From: an uncultured Desulfospira sp.
Lineage (GTDB): Bacteria; Desulfobacterota; Desulfobacteria; Desulfobacterales; Desulfobacteraceae
Reading direction: 5' to 3'
Length of the DNA stretch: 64,000 bases
Assembly (NCBI GenBank): GCA_963663165.1
Contig: OY760175.1
Span: 4,928,001-4,992,000, forward strand
Under the pieces are notes generated by a model. It saw only the letters and a list, made by a program, of their open reading frames with translations. It had not been told where the DNA came from and searched no databases. Position numbers and translations under genes: made by a program. Below, piece by piece: positions 48,018-57,622 of the stretch (within the stretch, counting starts at the first letter, position 1; each line of letters opens with the position of its first letter).

Positions 48018-50498
48018 ATGCCTTTTGGAAAAAAACGCCTGCCGTTTTACGTCGGCATCACCACGTTGGTGGTCGCTGTTATCCTCTTCCTAAGCGGGCT
48101 TTTCGTATGGATTGTAAATCGTGAAAGCAAGGTGGCGGCCCTTCAGATGGCCGAACACCTTTTTACCGCCATTAATGCCAAAAATTTAAGGCTTTATGAA
48201 GATTCTCTCAAATGTGTGGCCGGCCTGACCGGCACCGCCGTCCGGATGCCCGGGATGGCCGTCCGCCCGTCCCTTGACGGGATGTCCCACCCGGGAATGG
48301 CCGTGATGTTTGAGATATTAACGTTTCACGAGTTTCTTTTCAGCGTTTACTGCGGTTATGATGACGGCAGTTTTATCCAGCTGATTGCCGTCAGGGATCA
48401 GGAAAAGCTGCGGCAAATATACGGGGCGCCCCAGGGCGCCTGGTTTGTATTAAGGACCGTTGCCCCAAACGAATTCAAAACCATGGAAGAGTGCTGGCAG
48501 TTTTTAAACCAGGACCACCAACTGATCAAGATCTCAAATGACCTGGACCCGGGATATGATCCCAGGAGGCGTCCCTGGTATACCCGGGCGCAACAGAAAT
48601 CCGCTTCATTTTTTACAAAACCCTATGTGTTCAGCTCCTCTAAACTTCCCGGGGTGACCTGTTCGGAAGCATTGTCAGGCGGCGGCGGGGTGTTCGGGGT
48701 TGATGTCACCCTTGAGCGGTTTGCCATGTCCTTAAAACAGCAAAAGGTTTCTGACCATGCCGTTCTTTTTGTCTTTGACCATGACGGCACCATTATTCTG
48801 AACCCCAAAGAAAACCCGGTCAAGCTGGGGACAGACAACCAGCTCACCTTTCTTAAGGCATCGGAATTCAGGGATCCCCGGATCCACCGGGTGGTCAACA
48901 ATTTCCTTGAGAATTCAGATATCAAAACCACCCCTGTCCGGGAAATAGTCATCAACAAAATTCCTTATCTGGTCCGCTTTAACCGGGTTCTATCCCAGTT
49001 GAATATTGACCAGCTCATTGCGGTGGCGGCACCGGTTTCTGATTTTACCGGGCACATCACCCGGATGCAGAATCATATTGTTGTTTTTGCCGCATTAATG
49101 CTGCTGGTGATGATTCCTCTGTCGTTTTTTATTGCCAGGACCATTTCGTCCTCTCTCATGCGCCTTGAAGTTGAATCCCGGAAGATCCAGGAGTCGGATT
49201 TCAGCGGTACGGATTCTTTTGATTCAGGGATCAAGGAGATTCATTCACTGATCACGGCCTTTTTTATGATGAAAAAGACCATCAGCCGCCTGCTGGCCCA
49301 GCAGCGCAATCTGTTTGACAATTTTGTCAAACTCATTGCCGGGGCCATTGACGCCAAGTCCGCCTACACCGGCGGCCATTGCGCCAGGGTTCCGGTAATC
49401 GCCATGATGCTGGCCGAGGCCGCCTGTAAATGCGATAAAGGCCCCTTTGCCGAATTTGCCATGGACAGCGCGGATGAACGCTGGGAGTTTGAGGTGGCGG
49501 CCTGGCTTCATGACTGCGGCAAAGTCACCACCCCGGAGCATGTGGTGGACAAGGCCACCAAGCTTGAGACCATTTACAACCGGATCCATGAAATCCGCAT
49601 GCGCTTTGAGGTCCTGTTAAGGGACGCCCGGATCGAGTATTATCAGAAACGCCTGGATAGAGAAGGTGATCCGGATGAGCTTGAGGCCCGGTTGAAGAAA
49701 GCGTACCGGGATATTACAGATGATTTTACCTTTGTTGCCGAGTGCAATACGGGCGAAGAATTTATGGCCGATGAAAAAATTGAACGGCTCAAGCGCATTG
49801 CCGGCCGGACCTGGATGCGGCATCTTGATGACCGCATCGGTATTTCGGAAACTGAAACCGCCCTTAAATGCCGGACACCCGCCCCTGTCCTGCCGGTGGA
49901 GGAGCATGTCCTGGCCGACAAGGATGAACATCAGATCCCCAGGCAGGAAAATGACCCGTTCAAAGACACCCCCCATGGGTTCAATATGCCGGTGCCGGAA
50001 TTGTTATATAACCAGGGAGAGCTGTATAACTTAAGCATCCGGAAAGGAACCCTGTCCGCAGAGGACCGGTTTAAAATACAGGACCATATCGTTCAGACCA
50101 TCAACATGCTCGGGAAGCTTGAATTTCCCGATTATCTGGCCAATGTGCCCGAATATGCCGGCGCCCACCATGAAACCATGATCGGGACCGGTTACCCCAA
50201 AGGGCAGAAAAAAGAGAACATGTCCATTCCGGCAAGGATCATGGCCATTGCTGATATTTTCGAGGCCCTGACTGCGGCAGACCGGCCCTACAAACAAGCC
50301 AAATCGCTGGGGGAGGCCCTCAGGATCATGAGCTTTATGCGCAACGACCAGGACATTGATCCGGCCCTGTTTGACCTGTTTTTGACCAGCGGTGTATACA
50401 AGGTCTACGCAAGCCGGTATCTTAAGCCCGACCAGCTTGATGTGGTGGATATTCGAACATACCTGTCTTCGGCTCAGAAAAATAGAAACCAATCATGA
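48018..50498 (+). CDS. Membrane HD-GYP-type cyclic-nucleotide phosphodiesterase (Cache/HAMP)
   Basis: Two TMs; YDPRRRPWY; TGGHCARV, WLHDCGK, HHETMIGTGYP, IADIFEALTA. Confidence 0.9.
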   Translation: MPFGKKRLPFYVGITTLVVAVILFLSGLFVWIVNRESKVAALQMAEHLFTAINAKNLRLYEDSLKCVAGLTGTAVRMPGMAVRPSLDGMSHPGMAVMFEILTFHEFLFSVYCGYDDGSFIQLIAVRDQEKLRQIYGAPQGAWFVLRTVAPNEFKTMEECWQFLNQDHQLIKISNDLDPGYDPRRRPWYTRAQQKSASFFTKPYVFSSSKLPGVTCSEALSGGGGVFGVDVTLERFAMSLKQQKVSDHAVLFVFDHDGTIILNPKENPVKLGTDNQLTFLKASEFRDPRIHRVVNNFLENSDIKTTPVREIVINKIPYLVRFNRVLSQLNIDQLIAVAAPVSDFTGHITRMQNHIVVFAALMLLVMIPLSFFIARTISSSLMRLEVESRKIQESDFSGTDSFDSGIKEIHSLITAFFMMKKTISRLLAQQRNLFDNFVKLIAGAIDAKSAYTGGHCARVPVIAMMLAEAACKCDKGPFAEFAMDSADERWEFEVAAWLHDCGKVTTPEHVVDKATKLETIYNRIHEIRMRFEVLLRDARIEYYQKRLDREGDPDELEARLKKAYRDITDDFTFVAECNTGEEFMADEKIERLKRIAGRTWMRHLDDRIGISETETALKCRTPAPVLPVEEHVLADKDEHQIPRQENDPFKDTPHGFNMPVPELLYNQGELYNLSIRKGTLSAEDRFKIQDHIVQTINMLGKLEFPDYLANVPEYAGAHHETMIGTGYPKGQKKENMSIPARIMAIADIFEALTAADRPYKQAKSLGEALRIMSFMRNDQDIDPALFDLFLTSGVYKVYASRYLKPDQLDVVDIRTYLSSAQKNRNQS

Positions 50499-50510
50499 AA
50501 GGGTATAGTT

Positions 50511-50828
50511 GTGGCCAAAATAATCAAAAGAAACTGGACGGTATGTCTGTTGGTTTTTTTAATGGCGGGCATAACCATGGGAAGCGGTTCTTGCGCCAGG
50601 GATAACACCGCACCTGTGAAAGAAACCAAGGCCCTGTCCGTGGAAGGCGGTGCCCCGGAGCAGGAAGCCATTGTCTGCAAAGCCCCCAGGCCTGAGATGT
50701 GTACCAGGGAATACCGGCCGGTCTGCGGACTCTTTGCCGACGGCACCTTTAAAACCTTTGGCAACGCCTGCACGGCATGCAGCAACGAAAACGTTGTCCG
50801 GTATATCCCGGGACCGTGCCCCAAGTAA
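50511..50828 (+). CDS. Exported Kazal-type domain protein
   Basis: CTREYRPVCG..KTFGNACTAC..GPC; N-terminal signal. Confidence 0.8.
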   Translation: MAKIIKRNWTVCLLVFLMAGITMGSGSCARDNTAPVKETKALSVEGGAPEQEAIVCKAPRPEMCTREYRPVCGLFADGTFKTFGNACTACSNENVVRYIPGPCPK

Positions 50829-50956
50829 CCCATATTTCGGGGGCCGGCAAAGGAGCCGTTTCAAGGGACGCTTATACAGCGGAAGGGCTAAACGCCGGGG
50901 ACCCGGTGTCGGGAAAATTGCGGCAAAGGACGGGATCGAGGCTGCCAGCCCCTGTT

Positions 50957-51211
50957 TTATCTTATGGACAATGATTTCCGGTATTCCGAGGGCCGGATTC
51001 CGTACTTTTTGAGAAAAAAAGCGGCAAAATGGCTTGAGCTGCAGAATCCGGACTCATACGCAATCCATGTCAGGTCATCGGGCTTTTCTTCAAGCAGCCG
51101 GACAGGGCCTGGATGCTGAATTTCGTTAAAAGCATGCGGATGCAGACATAACAGGCCGGGGACAGGTGGCCAGTTCTTTGGGGTTTTTTTAAGGGGCAGG
51201 GTTAGGAGCAA
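50957..51211 (-). pseudogene. AraC HTH fragment
   Basis: IAYESGFCSSSHFAAFFLKKYGIRPSEYR; rest of gene absent. Confidence 0.65.
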
Positions 51212-51262
51212 ATCTGAGTATCGACTGATTTGCGGTTACCTTGGCGGGAGGTGACGTGAATC

Positions 51263-51291
51263 TTGATTTTAAAAAGGTTCTAAGCTATCTT
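51263..51291 (+). promoter_or_regulatory. Putative sigma70 promoter
   Basis: TTGATT-17 bp-TATCTT directly before the tandem leader. Confidence 0.5.
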
Positions 51292-51304
51292 TGAGATTTA
51301 AACT

Positions 51305-51483
51305 AACGGCCACGGGCCGATTGGATTGTTAATCCGGTTCGGCCCACAACAAAGCATGAAAGAATTACAGCAGCTTGCAGATTTTTTCATATAAACGGCC
51401 ACGGGCCGCTTTGGTTATCCAACCAAGAGCCGCCCACAACAAATATTGAAAGTCTTCTCAGGACGTTAGTGAGGCTTTCATAT
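51305..51483 (+). ncRNA. Candidate tandem structured leader RNA (2 x ~90 nt)
   Basis: Repeated AACGGCCACGGGCCG-hairpin-GCCCACAACAAA-hairpin(TGAAAG..TTTCATATA). Confidence 0.5.
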
Positions 51484-51508
51484 AAAAAAATAGTCAGGAC
51501 TTGGCCGA

Positions 51509-54373
51509 ATGCATCCTTTAAAAGATATGCCCATCCGGTTTAAACTTTTTCTTGTATATGCCATTGTCACGGTCGCCATTTTAGCCGCCGGTCTTACCTT
51601 GTATTACTATACCGTCAAACATTATCTTGAAGAACAGATCCGTTCTGAACTGATCAAATCCAACCAGACCATTTCAAGCATTATAGAAACGGCTGCCAAG
51701 GTTTCCATTAAAAATTATCTCAGGGCCATTGCAGAAAAAAACCTTGATATTGTCGATCACCTTTATTCCCATGATTATCGTTTGGGGCTATTGTCCGAAC
51801 AGGAGGCAAAAAACAAGGCCGGAGAAATTCTGCTGAACCAGAAAATCGGAGAGACCGGCTATATTTATTGCATCAACAGCCAGGGAACCGTCGTGTTACA
51901 CCCAAATCAGGAAGTCATGGGACAAAATTATGCAAAGCGTGATTTTATTGCGCAGCAGATTCGGAATAAAACCGGTTATCTTGAGTATATCTGGGAAAAT
52001 CCCGGAGAAACGGGTGTGCGGCCAAAAGCCTTGGGTATGGCTTACTTTGAGCCCTGGGACTGGATTATTTCAGTTTCGTCGTACAGATCGGAGTTCTCAA
52101 GCCTGGTCTCCAATAATGATTTTCGCCAGCAAATCCTGAACATGAAATCAAACAAAGGGGAATATTCCTTTGTGATGGATTCAAAAGGAAACAGTATCGT
52201 CCATCCCGAACTTGCGAACAATCTGATGGAATATGCCGCATCCTGTGGCACCAATATTATTGAAACCATAATCCGGGAAAAAAGCGGTATCATAAACTAC
52301 CAGTGGAAAAATCCTCGGGAAACGGTATTTAAAGATAAAATTGTAGCCTATGAGTTTATACCGGATTTTGACTGGTTTATTGCATCCTGTGTGTGTAAAG
52401 AAGATGCGTTTGCGCCTCTCAAAAAGCTAAGGTCTATTTTTTATATTATTCTGGTGGCCGCCATTTTTATCATGGCCGGTGCGTCCCTGGTGGTAAGCCG
52501 GACCATTACCAATCCGTTAACCCGGATAGTTGAACGTTTCGATGCCGGCCAGGAAAATTCCCTGAAAATTATTCCGGTAACCCAAAGTCTGAAAAATGAA
52601 ATCGGCCTGCTGGAAAACAGCTATAACCAGTTTGTCCACCGATTAAATTCATACCGTCAAAGCCTGCAGGCGGAAAACAAAATTCGCAAAAAAGCAGAAA
52701 CCCAGCTGCTTTTATTTGAAACCGTATTTGAGCATGCCCATGACGGAATTTCCATCACCTCTCCTGAAGGGGAGATCCTGGCTGTAAATCAGGCGTTTAC
52801 GGATATCACCGGCTACACTCAAAAAGAGGTGATTGGACAGAATCCCAGGATACTCAAATCAGAACATCATGATTCACGGTTTTACCGAGAGATGTGGCAG
52901 TCTATCATTCACAAAGGGTGTTGGTCAGGTGAAATCTGGAATCGGAGAAAGAACGGCGAAGCCTTTCCTGAATTCCTCAGTATCAGTGCCGTTAAGGATG
53001 AACATAACCATACGAAGAATTATGTCGCGGTATTTCATGATATTTCAGAAATGAAAACCAAGGAGAAACAGATTGAACACATGGCCTACCATGATCCTTT
53101 GACCGGGCTGCCCAATCGAATTCTTCTTAAAGACCGGCTTGAACACACCATTGCCGGGGCTATGCGGAAAAACGAGATGATCCAGTTGCTGTTTATTGAT
53201 ATTGATAACTTCAAACTGGTCAACGACAGTGCCGGTCATGCCAAAGGGGATGAGTTGCTCAAAGAAGCGGCAGCAAGAATGCTGTCGGTTACCCGGGCCG
53301 GGGATACGGTGGCAAGGCTGGGGGGAGATGAATTTATCATTATGGTCACCGGTATCAATGATATGATGGAGATCATCAAGCTGGTAGAGCGGCTCCAGTC
53401 GGAATTTCATAAACCCTTTGTCATTGATGAGATTTTTTACCATCTTACCTGCAGCATCGGCATTTCCGTATTCCCCAACGATGGCAGCGACAGCGAAACA
53501 CTGCTCCGCCATGCGGATTTAGCCATGTACCATTCAAAGGGGACGGGGAAAAATAAATTCTTTTTGTTCGAACCTGAAATGGCCAGAAAGATTGCCCAGC
53601 GTATCGAAATGGAAATGGATATGCGCAGGGCCCTGGAAAATGACGAGTTCCAGGCCTATTTTCAACCCCAGGTCAACAACAGGAGCCTGAAGCCGGTGGG
53701 TATGGAGGCGTTGATTCGCTGGGTTAAAAAAGACGGCACCGTTGTTTCTCCCGGATTGTTTATTCCCCTGGCCGAAGAATCCGGTTTAATTGTACCCATT
53801 GGAAAACGGATTTTTGAAAAAGCCGTTGCCCAGATCTGTCAAATCCGTGAACAAACGGGTTATGATTTGATTGTCGCCGTCAATGTTTCTGTCCGCCAGT
53901 TTGATGAAGACGGATTTGTTCGCATGGTTGAAGAGACAATCCATAACGCCGGACTTCCGGCAGACCGCCTGAAGATTGAAATCACAGAATCTTTGCTGAT
54001 GAAAAATATTGAAAAGACAATGGCCAGACTGAAAAATCTGGCGGCCGTTGGGGTGACTACGGCTATCGATGATTTTGGAACAGGATACTCTTCTCTGGCC
54101 TATCTTAAAAGTATGCCCATCTCCATTCTGAAAATCGACAAGTCTTTTATCGACGACGTGGATAAAGATCTTGACGCACATGCACTGGTGGAAACCATTG
54201 TGTTAATGGCCAATAAGCTGAGCATGACCATTGTTGCCGAAGGTGTGGAAACCCAGGCCCAGCTTGAGAAGCTCAACATGCTCGGGGAGATGGAAATCCA
54301 AGGCTATCTATTTGCCAGACCCATGCCCATGGAAGAGACGATCGACTGGCTGGAACATAGCCGTCCAGTATAG
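51509..54373 (+). CDS. Cache-HAMP-PAS-GGDEF-EAL c-di-GMP enzyme
   Basis: GYIY/WDWII Cache motifs; PAS NPRILKS; RLGGDEF; MEALIRW, DDFGTGYSSL. Confidence 0.93.
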   Translation: MHPLKDMPIRFKLFLVYAIVTVAILAAGLTLYYYTVKHYLEEQIRSELIKSNQTISSIIETAAKVSIKNYLRAIAEKNLDIVDHLYSHDYRLGLLSEQEAKNKAGEILLNQKIGETGYIYCINSQGTVVLHPNQEVMGQNYAKRDFIAQQIRNKTGYLEYIWENPGETGVRPKALGMAYFEPWDWIISVSSYRSEFSSLVSNNDFRQQILNMKSNKGEYSFVMDSKGNSIVHPELANNLMEYAASCGTNIIETIIREKSGIINYQWKNPRETVFKDKIVAYEFIPDFDWFIASCVCKEDAFAPLKKLRSIFYIILVAAIFIMAGASLVVSRTITNPLTRIVERFDAGQENSLKIIPVTQSLKNEIGLLENSYNQFVHRLNSYRQSLQAENKIRKKAETQLLLFETVFEHAHDGISITSPEGEILAVNQAFTDITGYTQKEVIGQNPRILKSEHHDSRFYREMWQSIIHKGCWSGEIWNRRKNGEAFPEFLSISAVKDEHNHTKNYVAVFHDISEMKTKEKQIEHMAYHDPLTGLPNRILLKDRLEHTIAGAMRKNEMIQLLFIDIDNFKLVNDSAGHAKGDELLKEAAARMLSVTRAGDTVARLGGDEFIIMVTGINDMMEIIKLVERLQSEFHKPFVIDEIFYHLTCSIGISVFPNDGSDSETLLRHADLAMYHSKGTGKNKFFLFEPEMARKIAQRIEMEMDMRRALENDEFQAYFQPQVNNRSLKPVGMEALIRWVKKDGTVVSPGLFIPLAEESGLIVPIGKRIFEKAVAQICQIREQTGYDLIVAVNVSVRQFDEDGFVRMVEETIHNAGLPADRLKIEITESLLMKNIEKTMARLKNLAAVGVTTAIDDFGTGYSSLAYLKSMPISILKIDKSFIDDVDKDLDAHALVETIVLMANKLSMTIVAEGVETQAQLEKLNMLGEMEIQGYLFARPMPMEETIDWLEHSRPV

Positions 54374-54689
54374 AGTTATTACAAACAGTTGTCCCTCTTT
54401 AAGAACCAAGACAATTTTTCCCCTTTGCTGCCGGGCGCAGGCCAATGGTAAACATGGTTTTTCCGTACCCTCATTTTGGGAGCGGTATGTAATTTAAAGG
54501 CGTCAAAATAAGTCTATCCCTGTCATCTTTTGTGTTCAATAAATTGAATTTACAAAACATCTTGACTTAAAATGGCTTTGAATATACTTGAACTTACAGG
54601 GGAGGACGACAATCGATAGGCGAGTCTGCCGGAACGTGCGCCGCCCCTTTAGGGACGGTGCTTTCCTACTTTCAAGAAAGGAGAATCCA

Positions 54690-57410
54690 ATGATCAGCAA
54701 AACCCTCATCGTAAACGGGATCAAGCGAACCGTTTTTGTCAATGACGACGATATGCTGTCTTCGGTACTGCGAAACAGCCTTTATCTGACCGGTGTCAAG
54801 GTCGGATGTTCAGAGGGCCAGTGCGGAGCCTGCAGCGTTATCCTGAATTCTAAACTCATCCGGTCCTGTATCACAAAGATGAAACGGGTACCCGACTATT
54901 CTGAAATTACCACCGTGGAAGGCATTGGGACCCCGGAAAAACTGCACCCCATCCAGGCGGCCTGGATGGCCCATGGCGGTGCCCAGTGCGGTTTTTGTAC
55001 CCCGGGCTTTATTGTTTCCACCAAGGTATTGCTCGATACCACCCCCAATCCCACCCGGGAAGATGTCCGGGAGTGGTTCCAGAAATATAAAAATGCCTGC
55101 CGGTGTACCGGTTACAAACAGCTGGTAGACTCGGTCATGGATGCCGCCAAGGTCATCAACGGCCAGATGTCCATGGATGACCTGATGTTCAAGATTCCCG
55201 ATGACGGCCGGATCTGGGGAACCAAATACCCCCGTCCCTCGGCCGTGGCCAAGGTCACGGGCACCTGTGATTTTGGTGCGGACTTGGGCATTAAAATGCC
55301 CGAAGGCACCCTGCGGCTGGCACTGGTACAGGCCACGATCTCCCATGCCAATATCAAAGGCATCGACGTTTCCGAAGCCGAAGCCATGCCCGGTGTTTAC
55401 AAGGTGGTCACCCACAAGGACATTCCCGGCAAGAACCGGATCTCAGGGCTCATTACCTTCCCGACCAATAAGGGCGACGGCTGGGACAGGCCCATCCTCT
55501 GTGATGAAAAGGTCTTCCAGTTCGGTGATGCCATTGCCATAGTCTGCGCCGACACGGAAAAGAACGCCAAGGCCGCAGCCGAAAAGGTAAAGGTAGACTT
55601 AGAACCGCTGCCCGAATACATGAGCGCGCCGGTGGCCATGGCCGAGGACGCCATTGAGATCCACCCGGGCACCCCCAATGTTTACTATATCCAGAACCTG
55701 AAAAAAGGCGGGGAGACCGCCCCCATCTTTGACAGTGCCGATGTGGTGGCTGAAGATGATTTTTACGTGAGCCGCCAGCCCCACATGCCCATTGAACCGG
55801 ATGTGGGATTTGCCTATCCCGGTGAGGACGGCACCCTGGTGATTCACTCCAAATCCATCGGGATCCATCTTCACCTGGCCATGATTGCACCGGGGATCGG
55901 TATTGAGCCGGAAAAACTCACCCTGGTCCAGAATCCCGCCGGCGGCACATTCGGCTATAAATTTTCCCCCACCATGGAAGCCTTGGTGGGCGTGGCCGCC
56001 CTTGTCACGGGCAAACCCGTGTTCCTGAACTACACCTGGTTTCAGCAGCAGACTTATACGGGCAAACGCTCTCCGTTCTTTACCAATGTCCGGATGGCGG
56101 CATCCAAGGACGGCGACATCAAGGCCCTGGAAGCGGACTGGAGCGTGGACCACGGACCTTACTCCGAATTCGGCGATCTTCTGACCCTGCGCGGTGCCCA
56201 GTTTGTCGGTGCCGGTTATGATATCCCCAATATCCGGGGAGAAGGCCGGACGGTCTGTACCAACCATGCCTGGGGCTCTGCCTTCCGCGGGTATGGGGCC
56301 CCTGAAATCGAGTTCCCGTCAGAATGCCTCGTGGATATCCTGGCGGAAAAGCTGGGCATGGACCCCTTTGACCTGCGGTACAAAAATGTTTACAGAAAAG
56401 GGGCCACTACCCCCACGGGCCAGACGCCTGATTCCTGGAGCCTGCCCGAGATGCTGGACCTGATCAAACCCAAATACGAGACGGCCAAAAAGGCGGCTGC
56501 CGGCAAGTCCACGGATGCTGAAAAATGCGGTGTGGGCCTCTCCATTGGTGTCTACGGCTGCGGCCTGGACGGCCCGGACGGTTCCGAGGCCCGGGTTCAG
56601 CTCAATGAGGACAACAGTATCACCCTTTTTAATTCATGGGAAGACCATGGCCAGGGTGCGGACATGGGGTCTCTGGGAACGGCCCATGAAGCCCTTCGTC
56701 CCATGGGAATTGCCCCGGACCAGATCAAGCTGGTCATGAACAATACCGCCATCACCCCCAACTCCGGCCCGGCCGGCGGTTCAAGGTCCCAGGTGGTGAC
56801 GGGGCAGGCCGTGAAAGCGGCCTGTGAACTGCTTATGGGCGCCATGAGAAAGGGTGACGGCACTTACCGCACCTATGAAGAGATGAAGGCTGAAAACATT
56901 CCTGTGGAATACAACGGCAAATGGACCGCCCCTGCCAAAGAGTGCGACGAAAACGGCCAGGGCAGCCCCTTTTCCGTTTATATGTATGGGGTATTCATGG
57001 CCGAAACTTCAGTGGATACGGCCACAGGCAAGGCCAAAGTCACCAAGATGACCGCGGTGGCTGATGTGGGCAAGATTAACAACCGTCTGGTGGTTGACGG
57101 CCAGATGTACGGCGGCCTGGCCCAGGGCATCGGGCTTGCCCTGACCGAGGACTACGAAGACATTAAAAAGCATTCCAATATGCGCGGCGCCGGATTCCCC
57201 TATATCAAGGATATCCCTGACGACATTGAATTGCACTATGTTGAGTCCCCCAGAGAACACGGCCCTTTTGGTGCGGCCGGTGTGGGCGAACTGCCCCTGA
57301 CCGCCCCTCATGCCGCGGTGATCAACAGTATCTACAATGCCTGCGGTGTCCGGGTCAAGAACCTGCCGGCGACACCGGATAAGGTGTTGGCTGGGCTTAA
57401 AGCCCTTTAA
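54690..57410 (+). CDS. mop: Molybdopterin aldehyde oxidoreductase (Mop-type, 906 aa)
   Basis: 2Fe-2S motifs GCSEGQCGAC, QCGFCTPG, CRCTGY; GGTFGYK, AFRGYG, GVGE; AGGAG RBS at the 54690 start. Confidence 0.92.
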   Translation: MISKTLIVNGIKRTVFVNDDDMLSSVLRNSLYLTGVKVGCSEGQCGACSVILNSKLIRSCITKMKRVPDYSEITTVEGIGTPEKLHPIQAAWMAHGGAQCGFCTPGFIVSTKVLLDTTPNPTREDVREWFQKYKNACRCTGYKQLVDSVMDAAKVINGQMSMDDLMFKIPDDGRIWGTKYPRPSAVAKVTGTCDFGADLGIKMPEGTLRLALVQATISHANIKGIDVSEAEAMPGVYKVVTHKDIPGKNRISGLITFPTNKGDGWDRPILCDEKVFQFGDAIAIVCADTEKNAKAAAEKVKVDLEPLPEYMSAPVAMAEDAIEIHPGTPNVYYIQNLKKGGETAPIFDSADVVAEDDFYVSRQPHMPIEPDVGFAYPGEDGTLVIHSKSIGIHLHLAMIAPGIGIEPEKLTLVQNPAGGTFGYKFSPTMEALVGVAALVTGKPVFLNYTWFQQQTYTGKRSPFFTNVRMAASKDGDIKALEADWSVDHGPYSEFGDLLTLRGAQFVGAGYDIPNIRGEGRTVCTNHAWGSAFRGYGAPEIEFPSECLVDILAEKLGMDPFDLRYKNVYRKGATTPTGQTPDSWSLPEMLDLIKPKYETAKKAAAGKSTDAEKCGVGLSIGVYGCGLDGPDGSEARVQLNEDNSITLFNSWEDHGQGADMGSLGTAHEALRPMGIAPDQIKLVMNNTAITPNSGPAGGSRSQVVTGQAVKAACELLMGAMRKGDGTYRTYEEMKAENIPVEYNGKWTAPAKECDENGQGSPFSVYMYGVFMAETSVDTATGKAKVTKMTAVADVGKINNRLVVDGQMYGGLAQGIGLALTEDYEDIKKHSNMRGAGFPYIKDIPDDIELHYVESPREHGPFGAAGVGELPLTAPHAAVINSIYNACGVRVKNLPATPDKVLAGLKAL

Positions 57411-57411
57411 T

Positions 57412-57540
57412 GGGTGTTTGAACGAAAACTCACCCATCTGCTGCGTTGCAGGAAAAGCTGCAATCCTCACAACCCCATGGTTGCTCCGGTTGCAACTTTT
57501 CCCGCGCCTTGCATCTGGGCAACTTTTCGTCCAAACACGG
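57412..57540. repeat. Palindromic MITE-like intergenic repeat
   Basis: GTGTTTGAACGAAAA...TTTTCGTCCAAACAC; inverted relative at 63922-64000. Confidence 0.75.
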
Positions 57541-57622
57541 GCTTTCGTTGGGATACTTTAACAGGCCGTTTGCAGGATAACCCCTTTCTGTGGACGGCCT
57601 GCTTCCTTTTGGGGGGAATCTT

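Noticed and set aside
51305..51483. CRISPR mini-array or tRNAs
   Set aside because: Only two units, variable parts are hairpins, no cloverleaf or T-loop
54588..54689. Longer Mop start
   Set aside because: The RBS and Mop-like N-terminus support 54690
54590..54689. Moco riboswitch upstream of mop
   Set aside because: Consensus elements not recognisable by eye; an Rfam scan would be needed
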